A DNA stretch of 55,910 nucleotides from an uncultured Gemmatimonadaceae bacterium. GTDB lineage: Bacteria; Gemmatimonadota; Gemmatimonadetes; Gemmatimonadales; GWC2-71-9. Where the stretch lies: assembly GCA_964348385.1 (NCBI GenBank), contig CAYGCN010000004.1, forward strand, positions 1 through 55,910. The letters run 5' to 3'. Of this stretch, positions 17,466 to 25,716 are shown one piece after another (the first letter of the stretch is position 1; every line of letters begins with the position of its first letter). A program made the translations under genes and the position numbers. The notes beneath the pieces were generated by a model. The model saw nothing but the letters and a program-made list of their open reading frames with translations. It had not been told where the DNA came from and did not search any database.

Positions 17466-17637
17466 GCACGGCCAAGCGCGCGTCAAGAAATGGCAGAGAG
17501 TCTGTCAGAGATCCCGGACATCATCGGCACGGGGCACGTTCGGGAGGGACGGGATGGGCGGGAACGACGGGAACGGCGGGAACGATGGGAGCCAGTGACC
17601 TTCCCGTCGCTCCCGTCGCTCCCGTCGTTCCCATCGC
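17466..17637. repeat. Repeat copy E4: conserved head (17466-17548) + complete 9-nt-periodic hairpin (G arm 17542-17591, loop CCAGTGACC, C arm 17601-17637)
   Basis: The head is about 94% identical to 8886-8969. G arm GGGAGGGAC GGGATGGGC GGGAACGAC GGGAACGGC GGGAACGAT GGGAG. C arm TTCCCGTCG CTCCCGTCG CTCCCGTCG TTCCCATCGC, abutting the stop codon at 17638. Shares the loop CAGTGAC and the right flank CCCATCGCTCA with E2. Confidence 0.85.
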
Positions 17638-18678
17638 TCAAACATCCACCAACACCACCTCCACATTCATCGTTTCCGGCGCCAGGTGACGCAGCTCAGC
17701 CGCACGCAACGCCGCGAAACCCCTCGGCGACGGAACCCCGTGCACGCGAATGCGCAACACGGCATCGTCCGGAGCGCGAGCGATGGCATCCACGAGCAAC
17801 GCGCGAAGCGCATCGGCATCGAGACCGCCAGCCTCGACCTCGGCAACGACCATCGGCCGAGCCGGAAGACGATGGAACGTCCAATCCGTCAGGCGTCCGC
17901 CGCGACCGGCTCCGCGCTCAACCTCGAGCACCAGGTAGCCCTTGTCCTCCTGGCGCTCGGCGAACGAGGTCCGCTCGATCGATCCCGGATACAGCACCGG
18001 GGTCGGCAAGGGCCTGCCATCGAGATCGGTCGTGAGCACTTGATGCCGATGAATATGTCCCGCGAGCACGGCGGCAAACGCAGCAGGAACATCACGGGCT
18101 TTCACCACGTCGTCTGCGTACCGAAACGTGAAGTTCTGGGGCCCAACCGTGGCTCCCTCGAAGCACTGATGTACGCACAGCAGGTTCACGTCCGCATCGA
18201 CGCGCTCCCATGCGGTTTCGCGGAGCAGATCGGCGAACGTACCGCGTACACCTTGTCGGCAGAACGGGAATCCCGCGAGGGCCAGCCGCACCCCGTTCCA
18301 CTCCGCCACAAAGGTTCTGGGGCGATCGAACACGTGGATCTGCGGGTGGAGCGCGAGCATGGCGTGGGGGATCGCGGACCGCTCGTGATTCCCCGGAACG
18401 ACGTAGACCGGAATCCCCTCTTCGGCCAGACGCTTGAGCGGCGCGAAGGCGGCCTGCACGATCTCGGCGCGCACCCGACTGCGATAGAACACGTCGCCAC
18501 CGTGTATCACCGCATGCACGCCATGCGCCCGCGCGGCCTGCAGCACCCGCTCATAGTTGGCAAAGAAGTCGTGGCCCCGCCGTCGCCGAGCGATCTTTGG
18601 ACGTGCCGGGAGGTCGATGCCGAGGTGGGTGTCGGCGAGGAACAGGATGCGGGCGGTCGGTGACGGCACGCAGGACAA
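17638..18678 (-). CDS. Metallophosphoesterase, SbcD/Mre11-like
   Basis: 346-aa ORF with calcineurin-like phosphoesterase motifs in order: ILFLADTHLG, IHGGDVFY, VPGNHERS, LCVHQ, LAGHIHRHQ. TTG start at 18678 (alternative GTG 18669). Confidence 0.85.
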   Translation of the reverse strand: MSCVPSPTARILFLADTHLGIDLPARPKIARRRRGHDFFANYERVLQAARAHGVHAVIHGGDVFYRSRVRAEIVQAAFAPLKRLAEEGIPVYVVPGNHERSAIPHAMLALHPQIHVFDRPRTFVAEWNGVRLALAGFPFCRQGVRGTFADLLRETAWERVDADVNLLCVHQCFEGATVGPQNFTFRYADDVVKARDVPAAFAAVLAGHIHRHQVLTTDLDGRPLPTPVLYPGSIERTSFAERQEDKGYLVLEVERGAGRGGRLTDWTFHRLPARPMVVAEVEAGGLDADALRALLVDAIARAPDDAVLRIRVHGVPSPRGFAALRAAELRHLAPETMNVEVVLVDV

Positions 18679-18726
18679 TTAACCACACTTTGACACGGCC
18701 CTTCAACCGGCGTTAGCTATAGCCCC

Positions 18727-21393
18727 GTGCCCAAAGACCCTCACCTTCCGCTCCGCAACGACGTTCGACTCCTCGGCAACCTCCTCGGGGAGACCCTGCG
18801 CCGACAGGAGGGAGTCCCGCTCTTCGAAACCGTCGAGCGCGTCCGGGCGCTGTCGAAACGGGCGCGTCAGGGCGAGACCGAGTGCTTCGACGAGCTCCGC
18901 GAGTTGCTGCAACAGTTGCCGGTGGACGATGCGCTTCCCGTTGCCCGGGCGTTCGCACACTTCCTCACCCTCGCCAACATTGCCGAACAACATCACCGCG
19001 TGCGGCGACGCCGAGAGTATCAGCGCGATCCCAAGGCGCCTCCGCAGCGGGGGTCGTTCGCCCATGCGCTGACCCGGCTCCTCGAGCAGGGGATCGACGC
19101 GGAGACCATCTTCGAGCGGGTGTGCAACCTCGAGATCGAGCTGGTGCTCACCGCCCACCCGACCGAGATCGTGCGCCGTACGCTACGTCAGTCACATCGG
19201 CGCATCGCGGATCTCCTCGGGCAGCAGGACCGTGGTGACCTCACCCCGGCCGAGCGCGAGGACATCCGCCAGGCGTTGCTTCGCGAAATCACGGTCGCGT
19301 GGGAAACTGACGAAGTGCACCACGCCCAGCCGACACCGCTGGACGAAGTGCGGTGGGGGCTGGTGGTGTTCGAGCAGACGCTCTGGGACGCGGTGCCCAC
19401 CAATCTCCGGGCGCTGGACCGCGCCCTGCACGAGGCGATCGGCAAGAACCTGCCGAGGGATGCGGCGCCGATCCGCTTCGGCTCGTGGATGGGCGGCGAT
19501 CGCGACGGCAACCCACACGTGACACCGGAGATCACCGTACAGGCTACGCTGCTGGCCCGTTGGATGGCGGCGGACCTGTACCTCCGAGAGCTGGGGGCAC
19601 TCCGATCGGAGCTTTCGCTCAGCGACGCGAGCCCGGAGCTGAGGGCGCGGGTCGGCAACGCCCGAGAACCGTACCGCGCCCTGCTCCGTGACCTCCGCAC
19701 CCGGTTGCGCGCGACGCGCTCCGGAATCGAACGGATGCTGGAGTGGAAGGTGCCGGACCGCGCGACTGCCGAGCGGATGTGCTGGCGCGTCGAGGACCTT
19801 GCCGAGCCGCTCGAGCTGTGCCGGCGGTCGCTCGAGGACACGGGTGCCGGTATCCTGGCCGACGGCCGACTGCTCGATATCCAGCGCCGGCTCGCGTGTT
19901 TCGGTCTCACCCTCGTGCGGCTCGACCTGCGCCAAGAAGCGGCGCGACACACCGAGACGCTCGACGCCGTCACCCAACAGCAGGGACTCGGCGCATACGC
20001 CGCCTGGGACGAGGAAGACCGACAGCGGTTCCTGTGCGAGCAGATCGCGGTAGGCGGCGGAGCGATCGCCAGGGCGCTCGAATTGGCAGACCGATTCGAG
20101 CCGGACGTGCGCGACGTGCTCGAGACGTTCCGCACGGCTGCGTCGATCCCGCCAGGGTCGCTCGGCGCCTACGTGATCTCGATGGCCAAACGCCCATCGG
20201 ACGTCCTGGCCGTTCACGCGCTGCAGGTCGCCGCCAGGCTGGAGCCGCCACTCCGCGTCGTGCCGCTGTTCGAGACGGTCGACGACCTGCGCCACGCCGG
20301 CACCACGTTGCGCGAGCTGCTCACCATCCCGTGCTATCGCGATGCGATCGACGGACGGCAGGAGGTGATGCTCGGCTACTCGGATTCGGCCAAGGATGGC
20401 GGTCGACTCGCCGCAGCCTGGGAGCTGTACGAGGCGCAGGAAGCGATCGTCACTACGTGCCGGGAGCAGAACATCAACCTGACACTGTTCCACGGCCGGG
20501 GCGGCACGGTGGGGCGCGGCGGTGGCCCTACACATCTGGCCATCCAGTCGCAGCCGCCGGGCTCGGTGAACGGTACGTTGCGCGTGACCGAACAGGGGGA
20601 AATGATCTCGGCCAAATTCGACGTGCCGGGCATCGCGTTGCGGACGCTGGAGGTCTACATCACGGCCACGCTCGAGGCCACGCTGCTCCCGGCCGATTTT
20701 CCAGATCCGGCGTGGCGCGAGCACATGCGGAAGTTCGCCGACGTGTCGCGCGAGGCGTATCGAAAGGTCGTGTACGACACGCCGGAGTTCGTGGACTATT
20801 TCCGGGCCGCCACGCCGGAGGTCGAGCTGGGCGCGCTCAAGATCGGCAGCCGGCCCGCGCGCCGGCGGCCGGGATCGGGCGTCGAATCGCTTCGAGCCAT
20901 CCCCTGGGTCTTCGCCTGGATGCAGACCCGCCTCCTCCTGCCGGCCTGGCTCGGGTTCAGTGAGGCCTTCGAGCATCCGATCGAGTCCGGCCAGCTCGAG
21001 ACCCTGCAGGAGATGTGCGAGCGGTGGCCGTTCTTCCGATCGACGGTCGATCTGGTGGACATGGTCCTGGCGAAGGCCTCGCCCGCGATCGCCGCCGAGT
21101 ACGACGAGCGTCTCGTGCCGGAGAGCCTCCGCTCCATCGGTGACGAGTTGCGGGAGCGCCTGGAGCGCGCCACGCAGGTCGTGTTGCAGATCACGGGCCA
21201 GACACGGTTGCTCGACGGCAACCCGGTGCTGCAGCGCTCAATCGACGTGCGCAACCCGTACATCGATCCCATCAATCTCGTGCAGACGGAAGTCCTGTGC
21301 CGTCTGCGGAAGAACGCCGACGACGCTCGACTGCTCGACGCCATGCTGGTCACCGTGAACGGAATCGCGGCCGGCATGCGCAACACCGGATGA
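18727..21393 (+). CDS. ppc: Phosphoenolpyruvate carboxylase
   Basis: 888-aa ORF with a GTG start. Diagnostic motifs VLTAHPTE, GYSDSAKDGG, FHGRGGTVGRGGGP and the C-terminus ...NGIAAGMRNTG. Confidence 0.97.
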   Translation: MPKDPHLPLRNDVRLLGNLLGETLRRQEGVPLFETVERVRALSKRARQGETECFDELRELLQQLPVDDALPVARAFAHFLTLANIAEQHHRVRRRREYQRDPKAPPQRGSFAHALTRLLEQGIDAETIFERVCNLEIELVLTAHPTEIVRRTLRQSHRRIADLLGQQDRGDLTPAEREDIRQALLREITVAWETDEVHHAQPTPLDEVRWGLVVFEQTLWDAVPTNLRALDRALHEAIGKNLPRDAAPIRFGSWMGGDRDGNPHVTPEITVQATLLARWMAADLYLRELGALRSELSLSDASPELRARVGNAREPYRALLRDLRTRLRATRSGIERMLEWKVPDRATAERMCWRVEDLAEPLELCRRSLEDTGAGILADGRLLDIQRRLACFGLTLVRLDLRQEAARHTETLDAVTQQQGLGAYAAWDEEDRQRFLCEQIAVGGGAIARALELADRFEPDVRDVLETFRTAASIPPGSLGAYVISMAKRPSDVLAVHALQVAARLEPPLRVVPLFETVDDLRHAGTTLRELLTIPCYRDAIDGRQEVMLGYSDSAKDGGRLAAAWELYEAQEAIVTTCREQNINLTLFHGRGGTVGRGGGPTHLAIQSQPPGSVNGTLRVTEQGEMISAKFDVPGIALRTLEVYITATLEATLLPADFPDPAWREHMRKFADVSREAYRKVVYDTPEFVDYFRAATPEVELGALKIGSRPARRRPGSGVESLRAIPWVFAWMQTRLLLPAWLGFSEAFEHPIESGQLETLQEMCERWPFFRSTVDLVDMVLAKASPAIAAEYDERLVPESLRSIGDELRERLERATQVVLQITGQTRLLDGNPVLQRSIDVRNPYIDPINLVQTEVLCRLRKNADDARLLDAMLVTVNGIAAGMRNTG

Positions 21394-22802
21394 CCTCACC
21401 CGGCGGCTTCATGCTCAGGCTCGGAATCTCAGTGGCGGTCGGCATTGCACTGTGGTTCGTCCCCCCGCCGGCCGACGTGGATCCCAGGGCCATCCATCTC
21501 CTGGCCATCTTCGCGGCGACCATCGTGGGCATCGTGCTCAAGCCGCTCCCGATGGGTGCCGTCGCCATGATCGGAATCTGCGCCACGACGGTCACGCACA
21601 CGCTCACGATCGGCGAGGCGATGAGCGGGTTCGGGAACACCGTCATCTGGCTGATTGTGCTTGCGTTCTTCATCTCGCGGGGCTTCATCAAGACGGGACT
21701 CGGCGCGCGCATCGCGTATGTGTTCGTGGCATGGCTCGGACGCCGCACGCTGGGACTGGGGTACGGACTCATCGCGACCGACCTCGTCCTCGCTCCGGCC
21801 ATTCCCAGCAACACCGCCCGCGCCGGCGGCGTGATCTTCCCGATCCTACGATCCGTGGCGGAGGCCTACGACAGCCGCCCCGACGACGGTTCGGCACGGC
21901 GCGTCGGGGCGTTCCTCACGAAGGCATCGTTCCAGGGGACGGTGATCACCAGTGCCATGTTCCTCACTGCCATGGCGGCAAACCCGCTGGCCGCCCAACT
22001 CGCCCGCGATCAGGGCGTCGAGGTGTCGTGGGCCGGGTGGGCGCTCGCCGCGCTGGTTCCGGGCCTGGTGAGCCTCGCGCTCGTGCCGGCACTCGTGTAT
22101 CGGCTGTTTCCTCCCGAGATCCGGGAGACACCGCAGGCGGCCGAGTTGGCGCGGGACAAGCTCCGTCAGATGGGCGCGATCTCGCGGAGCGAATGGGTGA
22201 TGCTCGCGTGCTTCGTCCTGCTGCTGGCGCTGTGGATCCTGGGCGACGTGCTCGCGGTCCACACGACCGTGACCGCGATGATCGGCCTTGTGGTGCTGCT
22301 CGTCACCCGGGTGCTCACCTGGGACGACATCCTGCGGGAGAAGGGCGCGTGGGACACACTCGTGTGGTTCGCAGCACTCGTGATGATGGCGTCGTTCCTC
22401 ACGCGACTCGGGCTCATCCCGTGGTTCAGCGGCGCGATGGGCAAGGTCTTCGGCGGTATGGGGTGGCAGCCGGCGTTTGTCGGATTGAGCCTCGTGTACT
22501 TCTACAGCCACTACTTCTTCGCCAGCAACACCGCCCACGTGAGCTCCATGTACGCGCCGTTTCTCGGCGTGGCGCTCGCGGTGGGAACACCACCCGTGCT
22601 CGCGGCCCTGGTGCTGGCATTCTTCAGCAATCTGTTCAGCAGTATGACCCACTACGGGACCGGCCCGGCCCCCGTCTTGTTCGGCGCCGGTTACGTGGAG
22701 GTGACGGACTGGTGGCGGCTGGGTCTGGTGGTGAGCGTGGTGAACATCGCCGTGTGGCTCGGGGTGGGAGGAGTGTGGTGGAAGACGCTCGGGCTGTGGT
22801 GA
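21390..22802 (+). CDS. DASS/SLC13-type anion permease (2-oxoglutarate/malate-translocator-like)
   Basis: The ORF track gives 21297..22802, but its first 31 residues are Arg-rich and overlap ppc. ATG 21390 overlaps the ppc stop (ATGA); ATG 21411 (MLRLGISVAVG) is also possible. Polytopic membrane protein with the motif APAIPSNTARAGGVIFPI, typical of Na_sulph_symp/DASS carriers. Confidence 0.88.
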   Translation: MTSPGGFMLRLGISVAVGIALWFVPPPADVDPRAIHLLAIFAATIVGIVLKPLPMGAVAMIGICATTVTHTLTIGEAMSGFGNTVIWLIVLAFFISRGFIKTGLGARIAYVFVAWLGRRTLGLGYGLIATDLVLAPAIPSNTARAGGVIFPILRSVAEAYDSRPDDGSARRVGAFLTKASFQGTVITSAMFLTAMAANPLAAQLARDQGVEVSWAGWALAALVPGLVSLALVPALVYRLFPPEIRETPQAAELARDKLRQMGAISRSEWVMLACFVLLLALWILGDVLAVHTTVTAMIGLVVLLVTRVLTWDDILREKGAWDTLVWFAALVMMASFLTRLGLIPWFSGAMGKVFGGMGWQPAFVGLSLVYFYSHYFFASNTAHVSSMYAPFLGVALAVGTPPVLAALVLAFFSNLFSSMTHYGTGPAPVLFGAGYVEVTDWWRLGLVVSVVNIAVWLGVGGVWWKTLGLW

Positions 22803-22848
22803 CGAACAAACGTACGGAGTGCGGTCTACGGCGCCGACCGGGCCCCCG

Positions 22849-23172
22849 CTATCTCGAGGACGTCCTGGTTGCCACGTAGCTCCGCAGGCGTGCCTCCGCC
22901 GACGCGTCCCTCGACTGGCGGAAGTGCGCCAGTGCTCTCACGTGCACGAGCGACGATACCACAACCAACCCAAGTGTGGCCACAACGAGCGCCCACGCGA
23001 GGGGCCGCACCCGCGCGAGCCCGGCTCCGGACGCCAGCGCCGCCAGGGCACCGAGCAAAGCCTCCGCCGCCGCGACGCGCGACGTGCCCACCGTCGCCCG
23101 AACCCGGGTCCGCAGCTTGAAGCCGCCCGAGAACAGGGCCATCGCCCCGACAACCCAAAGCAGGATTCCCAT
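22849..23172 (-). CDS. Hypothetical small membrane protein
   Basis: Internal ATG of ORF 22849..23259 gives MGILLWVVGAMALFSGGF..., about 107 aa with 3 hydrophobic segments. No recognisable family. Several overlapping shadow ORFs. Confidence 0.35.
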   Translation of the reverse strand: MGILLWVVGAMALFSGGFKLRTRVRATVGTSRVAAAEALLGALAALASGAGLARVRPLAWALVVATLGLVVVSSLVHVRALAHFRQSRDASAEARLRSYVATRTSSR

Positions 23173-23221
23173 GTGAGAATGCCTCCGGCCGCGGTCACTG
23201 GCGCGGAGCGCCGACCGAGGC

Positions 23222-23623
23222 CTAGTCGGATATGCGTCGGAAGAACACCGAGGAACCAATGTTGGGCGGGATCGTGAGCTGGATCAGGTCGCCGGGATCC
23301 AGCGTGAACTCCTCCGTGAGGTACACGCCTTCCTCGGCAATGAAGCTGACCTCGAAAGCAAGCGGCCGTGGTTGCCACAGGATGACGGCCTCCTGCATTT
23401 GCCCCTTCCCCACGATCAACCCAAGGGAATAGCGCGCACCGCCCTCATACAGGGCGTAGACCCGAGCGTCACTGAAGTGATTGTTCACGACCTCTACGTA
23501 GATGCTGTCCTGCACCGCCGGGGAGACGGCCCGCCGGACATTCACCTCCCGCCCACTGCCGCATGCAGCCGCGACCAGCACCGCAGTCGCCACCGAGGTC
23601 GTTATCGCCGCGCGTTTGCTCAT
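23222..23623 (-). CDS. Hypothetical lipoprotein
   Basis: Internal ATG 23623 of ORF 23222..24109 gives MSKRAAITTSVATAVLVAAACGSG (lipoprotein-like signal), 133 aa, non-biased composition. The upstream part of the long ORF is Arg/Pro/Gly-rich and overlaps the next gene. Confidence 0.6.
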   Translation of the reverse strand: MSKRAAITTSVATAVLVAAACGSGREVNVRRAVSPAVQDSIYVEVVNNHFSDARVYALYEGGARYSLGLIVGKGQMQEAVILWQPRPLAFEVSFIAEEGVYLTEEFTLDPGDLIQLTIPPNIGSSVFFRRISD

Positions 23624-23691
23624 TCGTTCGCTCCTCGATATCTCGTGGTATGCCCCAACGGCGCGCCGCGTCGGCGCGGCACCGCCGACCG

Positions 23692-24642
23692 TCAATTCAC
23701 CAGCAGGTCGAAGGGCACGCCAAGCACGACACGGGTCACGAACTGGTCGGCGAAGCTCGGCTGCATATCGCGAGCATCCAACACATCGTACACCTCGAAG
23801 AGAACCGCCACAATGAGCTGCCCCGGATACTGCACCGGCGTCACGCCGATCCCGATCCCCACATTCAGCCGAGCGTCGGCGCCTTGGCCAAGATCGAGCG
23901 AGGCACTCCCAAGCGCTGCCAGATGCGGCTGGCTGCGCGCCATACTGAGCCGCTTGGCGTTCCACAGCAGATCGGCCCGGACCTGGCCCGTCCAGTAATC
24001 CGCCAACGCGACGGTGTAGCGATCGGAGCAGAGCGGGACGATGATCCCGCTGGGCCCGCGGGCGGGAACGCAGATCTCGACCGGCATGGACGCACCGGGA
24101 CTGGACCATTCCCGCCGCACCGAGCCCCCCAATCCCACGATCGTCCCCGCTCCCAATGCGAAGTTGACGCCCAAGGCCGCCGTCGCATCGGCCTGTGGCG
24201 TCTCGAGCAGCGTCACCGTCGTCGAGTCGTCATTGTATTCCACGATCTTCCGCTCAGTCCGTCGGTAGGTCGTGGACAGGGAGATGACATCGAGGGCCCT
24301 CCGGCCCCGGCCAAGGCTCGCGAACACCACCAGGCCCGCTTCGAGTCCCGGATTGAACTCGAAACCCGAAAACATGTCGGTCTGCCCCTTTCGCGCCGCG
24401 ACACCGGCGTAGGGAGCAATACCCAGTCCCGGTCCCAGGAATTCCCGCAGGTAGTGGAGCGTCAGTTGGGCTTCGGCGAAATCGGCGTGCAGAAAGCCGG
24501 AACTGCGAGGAATGATGGAGCTGGCGGCATTGGCGGCCTTGTAGGCGGTCTGGGCCTCGGCCGGCGCGGTAGTGCTTCCGCTGAGCCCCATCGCAATCGC
24601 CACCAGCCATGTGCGGTACGGTGCATACCGCGTCGGTGTCAT
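23692..24642 (-). CDS. Hypothetical secreted protein, putative small outer-membrane beta-barrel
   Basis: ATG 24642 gives MTPTRYAPYRTWLVAIAMGLSGSTTAPAEAQ (signal peptide) and an ATGA overlap with the upstream gene stop. About 316 aa, Gly/Ala-rich with alternating hydrophobic stretches (LGVNFALGAGTIVGLGGSV, RLNVGIGIGVTP, RVVLGVPFDLLVN). The fold is not verified. Confidence 0.6.
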   Translation of the reverse strand: MTPTRYAPYRTWLVAIAMGLSGSTTAPAEAQTAYKAANAASSIIPRSSGFLHADFAEAQLTLHYLREFLGPGLGIAPYAGVAARKGQTDMFSGFEFNPGLEAGLVVFASLGRGRRALDVISLSTTYRRTERKIVEYNDDSTTVTLLETPQADATAALGVNFALGAGTIVGLGGSVRREWSSPGASMPVEICVPARGPSGIIVPLCSDRYTVALADYWTGQVRADLLWNAKRLSMARSQPHLAALGSASLDLGQGADARLNVGIGIGVTPVQYPGQLIVAVLFEVYDVLDARDMQPSFADQFVTRVVLGVPFDLLVN

Positions 24643-25691
24643 TGCGGACGAGGCCGGCCGCTGCGGGTCCAGATCACGATGACGCCGCATTGGGTTTGGG
24701 TGCTCGTGCCCCCAAATCGGACCGGCACCTCGACGCCGCGGCGATACACCTCGATGGCCTCGACGTCTTCCGGCTGTACCACGTCATCGAGCGCGATCTC
24801 TGGACGTTCCGCCGGATCACGGTTCATCTCGGTAGCCGACTCGGGGAATCCCTGCACGTCGGTTCCCCGGGCGCGAGCATCCCCACGGATCACGATGATA
24901 TCGTCGACGAACACTCTGGGGTGGCACAGGCCGCCCTGCGACAGTCGCGACCCGCGGAACGCGATGCTGGCGCGACTCAGGCCGCTGGCTGAGGGCACCA
25001 GACGCACGCCCGGGATGCCGTTGAGCAAGTCGGTCATTCGAGTCGGCGCCCGGTGCTCGATGTCGTCGCGCGTTACGAAGTGCCCGAAATCGGCCTTCTG
25101 GCGCTCGTAGAAGCCGACATGGTGTAGGAACGCCTCCCGCTGCTCCGCCTCGGCGGTGACCTCCACGGGATCGAGCTGGATCGGGAGCGCCTGGAGATGG
25201 TATTCGGTCTCCCATTCGTCACCGGCCGCCAGCTCGATGGGCCCGTCGAGCCAGGGGCGATATCCGAGCCGCCGTGCTTCGAGGAGATAGCTCCCCGGCT
25301 CAGGCGCAACCAGTCGATATCGCCCGTCACTGTCGGTGGTCACGACCTGCACTCGGACCCCATCCTCGCGCATCAGTGTCAGCACGCCGCGGGCAATGGG
25401 CTCGTCGGTGTCCAGGTCGAGGAGGCGACCGCGCAGCACCTGGCCCAAGGCCGGTGAAGCGGGCCCGGTCAGTAGCAGCAGCGTGATCGCGGTGGCAGTC
25501 CTCACCGTGGACACCACTTTCTTGGCGCCAGGCGGCGTCGATGGAGATCCCCGAGTCTCGATCTCGTTCTCTGAACGATACCCCATCTGCCACGTCCTGA
25601 TCCGTACACCCGGCGCATTAGGGAAGCGACTGGCGCGACGGACGTGGAACGGAAAGTGGGAGGCGCCGAAGCACCTCCCACTGTGGATCAC
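24639..25691 (-). CDS. CarboxypepD_reg-like + TonB-dependent-receptor Plug-like domain protein (no barrel)
   Basis: 350-aa ORF. Likely start ATG 25586 (MGYRS...TATAITLLLLTGPASPALGQ). CarboxypepD_reg-like region (VLRGRLLDLDTDEPIARGVLTLMREDG...DSDGRYRLVAPEPGSYLLEARRLGY). Plug-like region (RMTDLLNGIPGVRLV ... PEDVEAIEVYRRGVEVPVRFGG...CGVIVIWTRSG). Confidence 0.8.
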   Translation of the reverse strand: MIHSGRCFGASHFPFHVRRASRFPNAPGVRIRTWQMGYRSENEIETRGSPSTPPGAKKVVSTVRTATAITLLLLTGPASPALGQVLRGRLLDLDTDEPIARGVLTLMREDGVRVQVVTTDSDGRYRLVAPEPGSYLLEARRLGYRPWLDGPIELAAGDEWETEYHLQALPIQLDPVEVTAEAEQREAFLHHVGFYERQKADFGHFVTRDDIEHRAPTRMTDLLNGIPGVRLVPSASGLSRASIAFRGSRLSQGGLCHPRVFVDDIIVIRGDARARGTDVQGFPESATEMNRDPAERPEIALDDVVQPEDVEAIEVYRRGVEVPVRFGGTSTQTQCGVIVIWTRSGRPRPQ

Positions 25692-25716
25692 TCAACCTCT
25701 CGTGCGACCCTCTGCC

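Noticed and set aside
18690-18723. TTGACA (18690-18695) followed after 18 nt by TAGCTA, or after 22 nt by TATAGC, just before the ppc GTG (18727). This would imply a leaderless ppc mRNA.
   Set aside because: The -10 candidates are poor or wrongly spaced, and the promoter consensus for this lineage is unknown. It cannot be supported from sequence alone.
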